Below, piece after piece: positions 1 to 10,530 of a DNA stretch of 64,000 nucleotides. The stretch comes from Cyanidioschyzon merolae (lineage: Eukaryota), in assembly GCA_000091205.1 (NCBI GenBank), contig AP006487.2, one strand, 5' to 3'. The translations under genes were made by a program, and so were the position numbers. Positions within the stretch are counted from its first letter, which is position 1; each line of letters starts with the position of its first letter. The notes beneath the pieces are model-generated. The model worked only from the letters and a program-made list of their open reading frames with translations. It was not told the DNA's origin and searched no databases.

Positions 1-3000
1 CCCCCCATTCCCCCCATTTGCACGAGTCCTCGATGCGCGGTCTTCTCGGAGATTCGTTTAACGGCGCCCAGCCTTGTTTGCGTTGCTTGCCCATGGCTTT
101 CTCTTGTGGAATTGATTTCACTTGGCATTGTCCAATCATTGCTATCCACTTACATTTCAGCTGTGGTCGATAGCCGCAGTCGACACTTCGACTTCCAGTA
201 AACGGTATTTTGGAATGTGACTTAGACATCCGTAGCGATACTGGAGACCAATCTTCTGCTTACTTATACCTATTCCGCTTACTATCCAGCTGGTATAGTT
301 TTGTTCAAATCCGATAGGTTTCAGTTTCTTCACGTTCAGCACTCTCCATTCTGTCAGCTTACGTCTTTCTATCTCTTTGCCATTTTATTCCTCGGGCTCT
401 CTTTGATGACGTTTTGTACTTCAGCCTTCCTTTTTCTGCCACCCAGGGAGTATGAGCTTCTGCTGAATTTCGCCGATGGCCTACGATTCCGTAGCCATGG
501 TGTACTGCCCGACTCTATTTACATCGGTAAAGTGCTGTGAAACAGTTGGTATCGGTCGTTTTCTTGTTTTTGTATTTCTTGGCCTGGTGTGAGCCTTGTC
601 TTTATGTCCAGGACGCATGGCCCGAAACTGCATTTTCCTTCTATGCCTTGGTTTTTCTGTGCGTTTGCAGCCCAGCGCGCCTTGGCGTCCCGGGTTGACC
701 GCCCAGACTCCTTCGAGCACCAGCATGTTTCACGGTTCGGATGACGTTACCTTCTTCTCACATGGCATTTTCTGGTCCTTGCGAGTTCTTTGTATGGTGC
801 TTCAATACTCTTCTTTTGTTGCATCTTTTAGCGCCCAACATTTGGATTTCGCAGCAGTAAGTATATGCATTTTTCTTTGGCGGGTTATTTCATGTAGGTT
901 GGACGTTGTGCGTTGCTTAATCCATGTAGAATGTCATCTCATATTCATCATGGATTCCAACGCATTGCGCTCTCTTTAATGTTTCTGGGCAACAGTGTAC
1001 GATTGCTGTTTTCTACTGAACGATACTGCAGTCGCGGGTACTTCTGTGTTGTCCATTGGCTGCTATTGGAACTTTTACCTATGTCGCACTAGTGCATGCA
1101 TTGTATCGACTGCGATCGACTCACCGATGATCCATATTGCCTGCGTTCCGCTTCCGACATATTCTCCATCGTCGGCCTCTGGAATCTGCGAGGAGGACAA
1201 ACTGTTCCACCATTTACATTTTGCTTCTCGGGCTTCAGGTTGCAATCACTGGAATAGATATCGAATGCTTCGTGGGCTCCTACTCTATTTGAGTCTGTAT
1301 ATACACTATTACATACTCTGTCACCCTTTTTTATGCGCAAGATAACGCACAATACCATACCGCTTAGGATAACTGTGTGGCAGCAAATATGAGAGTCAAA
1401 ATTTAGGAATAAACATTCGGTCCAGGCGTAGACTTTCAGGCACAAGTCATTCAATCCTGATTTACCATCGATGCATCCACTGCCCCGACGGCTCATGCCC
1501 GTGAAACTGGAATCCTTGGCTTCCATTCCGATATCCTCTTCCCGCACTAACCCCATATGTGCTCTCGAAGTGGATCATCACCAGGACCTTATCTTGATTA
1601 CAGTACTGCGAGCTGCTATGCAAGGTTTTGCTTTTGTACTCGGTGCCAGGCTGCTATCGCTGCACAAGATGCCTGATCATGCATTTTCTCGTTGCGTACC
1701 CCTATCGGTCCAAAATCACTATTCCAACCATCATTATGCAGACTGACAAGCTCTTTTGACCACTTTCAGTATGCCAAGTCTATTGACTATGACAAACTAC
1801 TGCATTAGCGATCCATTCACCTCATCTGCAAGCACCTACTTCATGGCCGCCACGAATGAAGCGTAAATTTGATGTTCCGCCCGTCCACAGCTGGTACTAT
1901 CATTCGGCTATCATCATGACACCTCTGGTACCCTTTCTGCCTAGGGTTGCATCTTAGATCCGTCGCACCGGTGCTCGCAAGCGTGCCAGAGCACAACGCA
2001 CGCCGTCTCTTGCGACACATGCGACCCGGGTCAACCAACGAAAACACCGTCAACAACCAAGAGCCCCGATCGCGCCGGCTATTGTTGCCTTCCGTCTACA
2101 CTCAAAGCGATCCTGGTCGGCACTGCAGGGTCTCGCTAGTTCAGGTCAGCATCCAGGTTGGCGTCGCTTATTAAGATCATGTCTGCGAAAAGCACCTCAA
2201 TCCTTTACACTATTAGTCGGTGGCCGCCCCGTTAAGATATTGCTGCGATGGCGTTCATATGATCAAAGAAGCCGCGACTGTGTCAATCGTGAAGCTTGAG
2301 ATCTTTTTTATTCGATACATCTTATTCTGCATCTCGGTGTCTTTCTTAACAGGAGGACAAGTCTCCGTTCATCGGCAGTAGTCTCAATCGTCGGGGATCT
2401 CGCCACGACCGTGCACACATTCGATAGGTACGGTTATAAAGTAAGAGCTCTTAGGTTGCCTTCAATTCTGCTCGCCGTGCTGCGGTAACTCTCACTTTGG
2501 CTAGATTCGCCCCCTGGATCTCGCTGTGCGCTCTATCCTGCCTCTACGCTTTAGCACGCTTGCGGCATTTCCATGGTCTTATAGCTTACTTGCGCCCTCT
2601 GCTTGGACTCATTTTCTCGACAACAAGCCCAAATCGGGACTGGATCCCAACACTGCGCTACAGTCCTTCTTGTACACGTTTTGTCCAACAGAGAGCAAGC
2701 AAGAGTCTGGGAACTTCTGAGACGACCCTTCCGCATTTGGAGCAGGCAATATGCGCTTTCGATGCTAGAGCTGTACATGCGCTCTGATGCTGGTAACTCT
2801 GCGACTTGCTTACTCAGCGACGCTGCTGCAGATGAAATGGATTCATTGATATGTACGCTTACCCTAGGGATACCGTATTCTGGTGAAATGTTTGTTGCAC
2901 GGATCGAATTGCACTTGCTCTGGAACTACTATTCGTGGGCAGAACCCATGCTAGTACATCAATCCTATACTGCATACATCCGTCTGTGTCGTTGCGGCCA

Positions 3001-3352
3001 AACTCGCTAGTCGCAACCTGTGCACCGGGTTTCCGGGGCAACGACAGCAAAGATTTCCAAATCAACGACGTCGCCGTAAAAGCAATATTCATAGGCACGG
3101 TCGTGCTCATAGGAAATCATTCCTTTACGTTCCGAGAGAGATTTCCTGTCCAGTCGTTCCATGTGTATAGCCTCTGAATCACGACCCGTGGGCAGGATTT
3201 CTGAACACTCTCCGCGCACATCTGCAGCCGTATTCATTTATTCATTCATACGTATTCACTCATCTTGTGTATATGTCTGCAACATTGTCCTAACAGAGGA
3301 TCAGCATAGACGTGATATAGACCTTAAACGACGTAATCGTCAACGCGCATAC

Positions 3353-6058
3353 TCAAGCAGACACTGAAGCTGAACCCGAAACCGATGCTGACGCACTCGC
3401 AGACATCGTCGCAGACACCGCCGCAGACACCGTCGCAGAGGGTGTCGCTGTCGCAGCCACGGGACTCGGAGTCGGTGTTGGACTAATCACCACACACTGG
3501 TTGTTGATGCACTCCTCGTCAGCGCGGCAGCAACGCATCTTGTTCACAAGGTTATCCGAAGGGATCAGGTACGTCCCGCACTGCTTCGTAGGGTCCTTGC
3601 ACACACAGAATGACGGCAGCAGCACCTGTTGTTGTTGCTGCTGTTGTTGCAATTGTTGCTGCAGTTGCTGGTTATTGTTGTTGCTGAACGGGTTGTACGT
3701 ACAGTTCTGCGTCTCGGCGTTGCAGCACTCAGGGCCGCAAGCAATATAGCTCGAGTTCGATACGTTGCCGTTCGTGCCGCTCAGCGAGTTCGACACATAC
3801 CCGTAGGTCTGGCACACGTACTCGGTCATCGGCTGGAAGCACTCGTTGCCGAGCCCCAGGCAGCAACCAGCCTCCAGGCACTGCTGCGGCGAGTAGCTCG
3901 TGCGCTGCGTCCCGTGCTGCTCCCCGTACAGAAGCGTGTTCAGCAGACGCACAAACTGGTTATTGTTGATGTTATTGTTCAGCTGCTGGTTCTGATTCAC
4001 CGCGTTCGTGCACGGCTGGCGCTCAAACTCGCCCACCGCGCACGTCTTCTCGGGCTGGAAGCAGTACGGGTTCGACGCAAAGTCGCTCTGCTGCTTGCCG
4101 TTCTGCACCCATTGGTTCTGCGCCTGCGAGTCGTAGCAGCAGCCCTGGGCATAGCACGTAAACTGGTTGATACCCGCGTTGCCGCACGGCTGGCGCTGCG
4201 CTCCCGGTGACGGGCAGACGGGAACCGGTGCCTGCACCTCCTGCAGCGCTACAGAGGCCTGCGGTGCATGGTCGATGTCGTAGTAGCACCAGGGCGCGAG
4301 GATGCCGTTCGCTGTAGGCTGCCAGCAGCATCCCGGTATCGCAGTGCACTCGTCGGGGTAGATGTAGCTCCAGCCGCAGGGGACACGTTGCGTCACTGGA
4401 ACAGCGCTGCACGCCGCTGAGACGCTCTTCAGGGTGCACGCGTTTGTCTGGGAGTTAAAGCAGCATCCGACTTGCTCGCAAGCGTCCTGGTTGGTGTACT
4501 GTCCTGGAGAGCCGCAGATCTCAATGGTGCAGACTGGTGTAGGTGTCGGCGTGGGTGTCGGGGTCGCAGTAGCAGTTGGCGTAATTGTAGGTGTCAGAGT
4601 TGGCGTTGATGTTGGCGTAGATCGAGGGGTAGGTGTAGGGAACGTTTCTCTCAAAGCGAAGGCATCATTGAGAAAGCCATTTCCGCTAGTGTTTGAGTAT
4701 CCAAATCCGCCAAACATGACCGGATCTGTTCCACTGGTGTTCCAGAAAGCTGGTCCTGCTCGACCGCCGGGAGCAACACTCGGGTCGGACTCGTTCAATG
4801 CCCCGTATACTGCAGCAGCGTTCCCCGTTGAGCTTCCATTAATCCACGCCCATTGACCCAGTTCGATATCGAAAACCCATAGATCGTTCAAAAAAACGAA
4901 ATTCACACGGTCGTTTGCGTTCCCGCCACCGCCAAAGAGCTGCAGATTACCCGATGAGTCTACGAAACTTGAACCCGAGTCTCTTCCTCCAGGATAGTTA
5001 GTCGGTGCGAATTCTCCGAGAGTTCCATATGATCCTGGATTCTGAATCGTGGTATTCCCTGCAATGAAAATCCACGTTAACTGACTTATGTTGTAGACCC
5101 ATAGATCATTCAACAGACCAGGGCCAGCTTGTGAACTGTTTCCGTATCCAATACCACCGAACAACCAGAGATTTCCACCAAGATCTGTCCACGTATAAGC
5201 ATTTCGACGTGCTCCTGGTGCATTCGTGGCATTAGCAACACCTGGTTCACTAAAGTTACCAGGCTCGTTGGGAGCCTGCGATCCGTCTCTGTACGCCCAC
5301 TGGAATGTGGTAGTATTGAATGACCAAAGGTCCGAAAATGATCCTTGATGTAAAGCTTCTCCACCGAACAGCCAAAGCAGGCCATCTGCGCCCAGCCAAA
5401 ATGCCGCGCTATCTCGGCCTCCGGGATTGTAAATTTGGCTGTAGATATCCTTCGGTCCATAGACTGGCATGGCGTTGAAAGTATCATTCCCACCGAACCA
5501 CGTCCAGATTCCCGTTTCAGTATCATACTGCCACATATCGTTCAGGTCGCCAACACCGTTTCCAGTCTTATCGAAGCCGAGTCCTCCAAACAACCAGAAA
5601 TGCTGGTCGTCCGTCTGCCAATACGCACTTCCGTAACGGCTGCCGGGTATATTATTTGGGCTGCCTGTGCCGACTGTGCCATACACTCCCGGTTGGTCGG
5701 CTTCTGAGGAACCCCCAATCCATGTCCATTCAAGTGAGGTCAAGTCGAAGGTCCATAGGTCATTTAGGTAGCTCGCAGATGGGTTTCCACTGCTAAAACC
5801 ACCAAATAAGTAAAGTGTATTTGATCTTCCGACCCAAGCTGCTGGATATTCACGACTTCTTGGGGCACTCCCAGCAGAAGTTTGGTTAAGCGTTCCATAA
5901 GTACCAGGATTATTGATACCCGTCTCTCCACCTATCCAGGTCCAGCTAACCGTACTCACAGGCGACAACGCAGCTACAAGCGACACGGAAAACGTCGCCG
6001 CCAACAATAGACAAACAGCAACAACCAGGCCACGCGCCGGAGAAAGAGCTCGAAACAT
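3353..6058 (-). CDS. Secreted multidomain protein: signal peptide, six Kelch-type beta-propeller blades, Thr/Pro-rich linker, 4-5 trefoil (P-type)-like Cys-rich modules, polyQ/polyN tracts
   Basis: Uninterrupted 901-aa ORF with ATG at 6056-6058. N-terminus 'MFRALSPARGLVVAVCLLLAATFSVSLVAALSP' is signal-peptide-like. Six ~50-aa repeats carry Kelch hallmarks (W.W..G...PG.R...W...LFGG.G...NDLW.FD). Linker 'TPTPTPRSTPTSTPTLTPTITPTATATPTPTPTPTP'. Modules such as 'RVPCGWSYIYPDECTAIPGCCWQPTANGILAPWCYY' and 'QPCGNAGINQFTCYAQGCCYDSQ...NPYCFQP' fit the trefoil pattern R..CG...I...C...GCC[FWY]D...P[WY]C[FY]. CAG/CAA-encoded polyQ and polyN runs. Confidence 0.8.
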   Translation of the reverse strand: MFRALSPARGLVVAVCLLLAATFSVSLVAALSPVSTVSWTWIGGETGINNPGTYGTLNQTSAGSAPRSREYPAAWVGRSNTLYLFGGFSSGNPSASYLNDLWTFDLTSLEWTWIGGSSEADQPGVYGTVGTGSPNNIPGSRYGSAYWQTDDQHFWLFGGLGFDKTGNGVGDLNDMWQYDTETGIWTWFGGNDTFNAMPVYGPKDIYSQIYNPGGRDSAAFWLGADGLLWLFGGEALHQGSFSDLWSFNTTTFQWAYRDGSQAPNEPGNFSEPGVANATNAPGARRNAYTWTDLGGNLWLFGGIGYGNSSQAGPGLLNDLWVYNISQLTWIFIAGNTTIQNPGSYGTLGEFAPTNYPGGRDSGSSFVDSSGNLQLFGGGGNANDRVNFVFLNDLWVFDIELGQWAWINGSSTGNAAAVYGALNESDPSVAPGGRAGPAFWNTSGTDPVMFGGFGYSNTSGNGFLNDAFALRETFPTPTPRSTPTSTPTLTPTITPTATATPTPTPTPTPVCTIEICGSPGQYTNQDACEQVGCCFNSQTNACTLKSVSAACSAVPVTQRVPCGWSYIYPDECTAIPGCCWQPTANGILAPWCYYDIDHAPQASVALQEVQAPVPVCPSPGAQRQPCGNAGINQFTCYAQGCCYDSQAQNQWVQNGKQQSDFASNPYCFQPEKTCAVGEFERQPCTNAVNQNQQLNNNINNNQFVRLLNTLLYGEQHGTQRTSYSPQQCLEAGCCLGLGNECFQPMTEYVCQTYGYVSNSLSGTNGNVSNSSYIACGPECCNAETQNCTYNPFSNNNNQQLQQQLQQQQQQQQVLLPSFCVCKDPTKQCGTYLIPSDNLVNKMRCCRADEECINNQCVVISPTPTPSPVAATATPSATVSAAVSATMSASASASVSGSASVSA

Positions 6059-8826
6059 CTCGTTCGACGCTCTCTCAGTCCAATAAATACGGATATTTGT
6101 TCTTTCTCGAGTGAATATATCTTCACTATTGTTTTTTCGTTATGGCCAACACGAACGTAACCGCCGTGTGTTGTGAAAGCCAGAACAACAACGCACAGCT
6201 TGATAGCGCCAAAAGCGCGAAACGCGCGCGCACTACAGAGGAATTTGAATTGGGGTCATCATGATGCGATGAAGAATTCACGTTGATGTCGAGACTGGAG
6301 CGTAACGGACGTAGGGAATTCGGGGTACATAGTCCGAAATATCCAAGTTGAGAGAGGTACTGAGAGCTATATATAGGCTAGTGGGATTTCATTCGAATGA
6401 GTAACTCCCGAGTACTGCTCCTTCCGAGTGCCAGTCAGCAGGGTTCAACAGACTATGGCTTTGGGTAAGAAGGATAGCGGATAATGAACTATCGGTTACT
6501 GAGCTTCGTCTGTCAGCCGAAAGGCAGATGTATTCCTAAAGCGATTCATCTATCTTAAGTTTTCGCAAGACGATTGTGGTGGAAGTATTCCGTTTTACTG
6601 TTTGTGTTTAGCAGTCCTTTTCTGGTGGAGACAGCCAGGCAGAGTACATGGGAGGTTTGTCTTCCTCTGTACCATTGGTGTTTATTTTATACAGAAAACA
6701 TCGAATAATGAGCTCCTATATCTCTGTTGCGAGGAAACCTAAAAAATATCGCTCGAAAGGAAAATGGTCTCTGCTTAGGGAGTGGATGTCGTCGTTCGAA
6801 GTGACAGGCATATACGCGTACGCATGTTTGGACATTCAACGTACAAAGCGAGAACTCCTATGTCTTTTGTTCATCGAACCTCATTCGGCCTATGCTAGGA
6901 GCCATGTGTATCAACCGTGGCTCGCAAGCCTTACATCACCAAGCATTTCCAGGGATGGTGCAGACCAGTGATCCGTGGAGGATGCTCTCCCGATCGGAGA
7001 CTTCTTGACGTTTCTTCCAATTCTCCGACACCGACTCCATGGTGTCTACCTTTACATCTGCGACCTGCAAAACAATCTTCCGTTGCTGCAAATGACTCTA
7101 CCTACATGAGTGTCAGCCTCTCGGTATTGGGCCTACCCCATTTTATCTCGGTACCAATCAATACCTGGTCTCGCTTCTCAGATTGGATACTTGTATGGAC
7201 TTTGGAAACGCATTAGTCTGCGTTGGTCTTTCGACAGCAGCCAAGAAAACCCTCCGAAGTCTGCGGGTCCGTTAATCGACATCGGATCATTCGTAACTGC
7301 TTGATCAGGATCGCTTAATATGTATCGGCTTTTTTAAGACGGAGCTTAGTCTCTTGAAAGATCATATTCCCAGCGGCATCTTTCCGTAACTATTTTGGTG
7401 AGTAGCAAGCAATTTAGAGGACCAGTACAAATCTTTGGCTACCCGACAGTTTCCCCGGCAAGCTCCAGGAACGTCTCCGCTTAGTTATCGATCCAACAAC
7501 TAAACATGTCCACCAAGTCTACAGACCATTTTTATCTCGAATTTCCACCTTGCTCAGGCATTTATGCCAGCAATTGTCTCGCGATGTGCTTTTCATATAG
7601 CACATTCCCCAGCGCGCATCCTATTTCCCAGAACTCTCTACCCAGATACTTTGCCAAATATACCTTGTTCTGTTTTCTCGAATTACTAGCACGAGGCACG
7701 ATCACCGTTTCTGTCAGTCAGCGGAGCCATGATTCAATGCCTGGGCCTCTTGCATTGATCTCTGTTCGATGCCTCGCTGCTACCGCCTCATCGGAGGCTA
7801 TTTGGAGTTTCTCGCATGTGAAGGCGCTTTCAAGAGTGGAGAGCTTCTTCATGCTACTATTCAGCCTCTGCAATATTGTGCACAATCTAGCTTTCGGACT
7901 GCTTGCGTGGTTCAGCTGGTTACCCTGCTGTATTCTGTATGGAGAGAAAACAGAAGCTCAATCCGTTCTTGCAACTCAATGTATTTGCCAGTAATCTCCG
8001 GCAGTAGATGATAGAAGCCGGAAACTTCCCTCTATTTGACAATTTACCTTCTTGGCTGAATCTGCCTCGAACCGAAAATTTCTGTAGAGATGGTGGTTCC
8101 TGTTTCCTTGTCGTGATGGCAGTGATGAAACACGACCCATGTTGCTCTTCTTCAGCACTGCTTTCCCAGTATGCTGGGGGGCGCCGTTTGTCAGCATTGC
8201 ACCCTGGTAGTCGAGCACCTTCTAGCTCAACGCTCTGTGAAATCCGGTCGGCTTGCGCGGACTAAGGACATATCCTAGTGCAGCTTCCGGATATTACGGC
8301 CGTCTACGTCAAAAAGAGAGACTGCTCTGCAACTCGTCGAACCGATTCATCTTTGGAAGGGGCCATACGTCGCTTTCCTTGTACCCGGGCAGCTCTTACG
8401 GGCCAGGAAAACCTGATTCGATGCATCTGTCTCACGCCCGTAAAAGCAGCATCGGATGCATGTCATGGTCAGTTCCAGATCCCCTATGGGCTCCAACAAT
8501 AAATGTCCCCAATTCGGAACGCTTTACCGTACACTCCAGGAGGTATGCGCTATCTGCAGTGGCCACACATCTGCTCTACTCTCATGGACGACCACTTTCA
8601 GCATATTCTGGCCCATTCAATGGCAAGCAGTTCATAGTTACTGCACTAATTATCACATTTTGGAATATGCTTTTTGGCTCGCGAGACGCTTTTGGTACAT
8701 CCCTTCAGGAGGAATGCCTTCTCACCCGTTCACCATACGATAGTGAATACAGCAGGCCGTCTCATCGCTACACCGTTGCCCCTACATCCGTCCCTGATGC
8801 AGCGGTCTGCGCTTCGAAGGCGCCTC

Positions 8827-9908
8827 TCATCTTCGAAGCCAACACACTTTATTCAGGAAAAACGTATCCGACTTGAGACCTCGCCGCCGCAACGTCTGGT
8901 CGATCAGATCAAGGCTCAGTTCGTAAAGCTGATCTGCCTTGTCGATTTCATACGTTGGTTCAATGACCTGCGGTTTCGTCTTGTCTCGACCTTCCGTATA
9001 TTTGCCACGCCACTGATAATACGAGCCCGAGTCAGAGAACCGTCCCTGGGTCGCCATTTCGGCTACGCGGCGGCTGGCCCCATCATTCGGAACGTATTGC
9101 CGAGTGATGTACTTTTGAAGAATCGGGAAGAAGACGTAGCGGAACCAGCCACGCTTTTCACGGAAGAGGTTGCTATCGGCGACACATCCCGGGAAAATCG
9201 CTACAGAGGTCACCCCGTCGCGGCCGTATCAACCACTAAGCGCCTTCATTGTCAACACGTTCGCCGCTTTGGCGTCTTTGTAGGCTTATGTGGGCTCAAA
9301 CGGACCACTGTCCACCATGCCCGTCGTCTGCGGATCAAGCCCCGCGGCTAGACCCAACAAATCACCGAGACGAGCCTGCGGGGAATCTTTCCCGGCAACG
9401 AATTCGGCGAATGGGTCTGAGTCGTCAGAAACACAATGCGCCCGCGCGATATTTTCAGCTTCGGCAACAGCTCCCGACAGAGAAGCAAATGGCTCAGATG
9501 GCAAACCTGTATGGCCTTCTCGATGCCGTCCACCATGAAACGCGGTTTCTTGTACCGCGGATGCTATATTGCGGCATTGCAGATCAGCGCATCCAGGTGA
9601 TCAACGCGCGCTACTCTCGATAGCCCTCTCACAAACTCCAACACAGAGGCGAAATCAGCCAGATCACAATACAGCACTGTATAGGCGTCCTTTGGAAGGT
9701 TCACGCTGTTTGCTGCGCGTTCCGCCGGATCAATGTCACGACATGCCATGACGATATGCCAGTTGCCCTTGTTGATCAGAGCGGAAGCTGCATACAGATC
9801 GACTCCAGAGGACGCGCCGGTGATCACGGTGATCTGCGACTGTTTCGGACCTATACGAAGATGTAGCGCGTGGTGTCGGCGCGCTACAGGCGAACGCTGC
9901 ATTACCAA
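8827..9908 (-). pseudogene. Light-dependent protochlorophyllide oxidoreductase (POR)-like short-chain dehydrogenase, disrupted by two in-frame stops and one frameshift
   Basis: Four minus-strand ORF pieces (9564-9908, 9348-9536, 9286-9504, 8827-9213) align colinearly to POR: 'VITGASSGVDLYAASALINKGNWHIVMACRDIDPAERAANS' (POR GKWHVIMACRD signature), 'CHLSHLLLCRELLPKL', 'PQARLGDLLGLAAGL', 'IFPGCVADSNLFREKRGWFRYVFFPILQKYITRQYVPNDGASRRVAEMATQG'. Pieces 1/2 and 3/4 are each in the same frame, separated by a stop (TAG at a conserved Tyr position near 9565). Pieces 2/3 differ by a 1-nt shift in a 'gggaaag' run near 9385-9395. Confidence 0.6.
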
Positions 9909-10443
9909 AGGAAGCGGATGCTGACAGTGGTGACGATGTCCAGCTGCGAAGCACCCGTCACGTGGGGTACGCAGCGGGAACCGTGCACGAGTTGCAGCGC
10001 GCGCGCGAAAAATGTGTCTTTCCTAGTACAGCGGAACAGAAACAAAACGAGCTTATACTTTCTTGGATTAAGTCAGCTCCGGTGCGAAAGCCTCCGATTA
10101 CGTCACCAACTGGAGAGGTTGCGTATGCGTGCTCAACCAGTCAAAAACTTTTTTGCGTAGCTACACGACTGATCGCCCGTCAGTTGCACAGAATCCGAAT
10201 TCGACCTCCCGTAAACTGCATCGCGTTGAGCGCAACTCGCGTAAGCCCTCTGTGTCCATTGTAGAAGCTAGGCAAAACTCTAAGTTTTCTGAGCAACAAT
10301 CTCGCCAATACTAGTCGCTAGGCGCTTCGCAACGTTGAGCTCGGAGATCACGGCGGTCGTAGATGAACTTCATCGTAGCTCGCCTACGAATAACGTAAGG
10401 GAGGTGAAAGGGGGTTTTCTCCGGTGGTATGTTATTTTACAAG

Positions 10444-10530
10444 CTTCGTCAGTTGGAGACGATTCGCCTAGGGCGGGTTTCTCTCCACCATTGTACACCG
10501 CTGGCGTCGTTTGACTCTAGAACGGCGTTT
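10444..10530 (+). repeat. Solo copy of the ~85-nt 3'-terminal block of the Fanzor-like element (candidate transposon right end / omega-RNA-like region)
   Basis: About 80% identical, same orientation, to 13835-13920. It includes the shared core 'ggcgtcgtttgact(c)tagaacggcgtttg'. No upstream nuclease ORF is recognisable here. Confidence 0.5.

Noticed and set aside
295-320. tRNA-like T-loop string 'gttcaaatccga'
   Set aside because: No acceptor, D or anticodon stems could be built around it. No tRNA is called anywhere in the window.
3501-4856. Plus-strand ORFs 3501-3749, 3629-4210, 4434-4856 (polyC/polyL/polyGV peptides)
   Set aside because: They are antisense translations of the polyQ/CAG and Thr-Pro (ACN CCN) repeats of the 901-aa secreted-protein gene.
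8674-9351. 225-aa plus-strand ORF
   Set aside because: It lies antisense to the POR-like pseudogene fragments and has no recognisable motifs.
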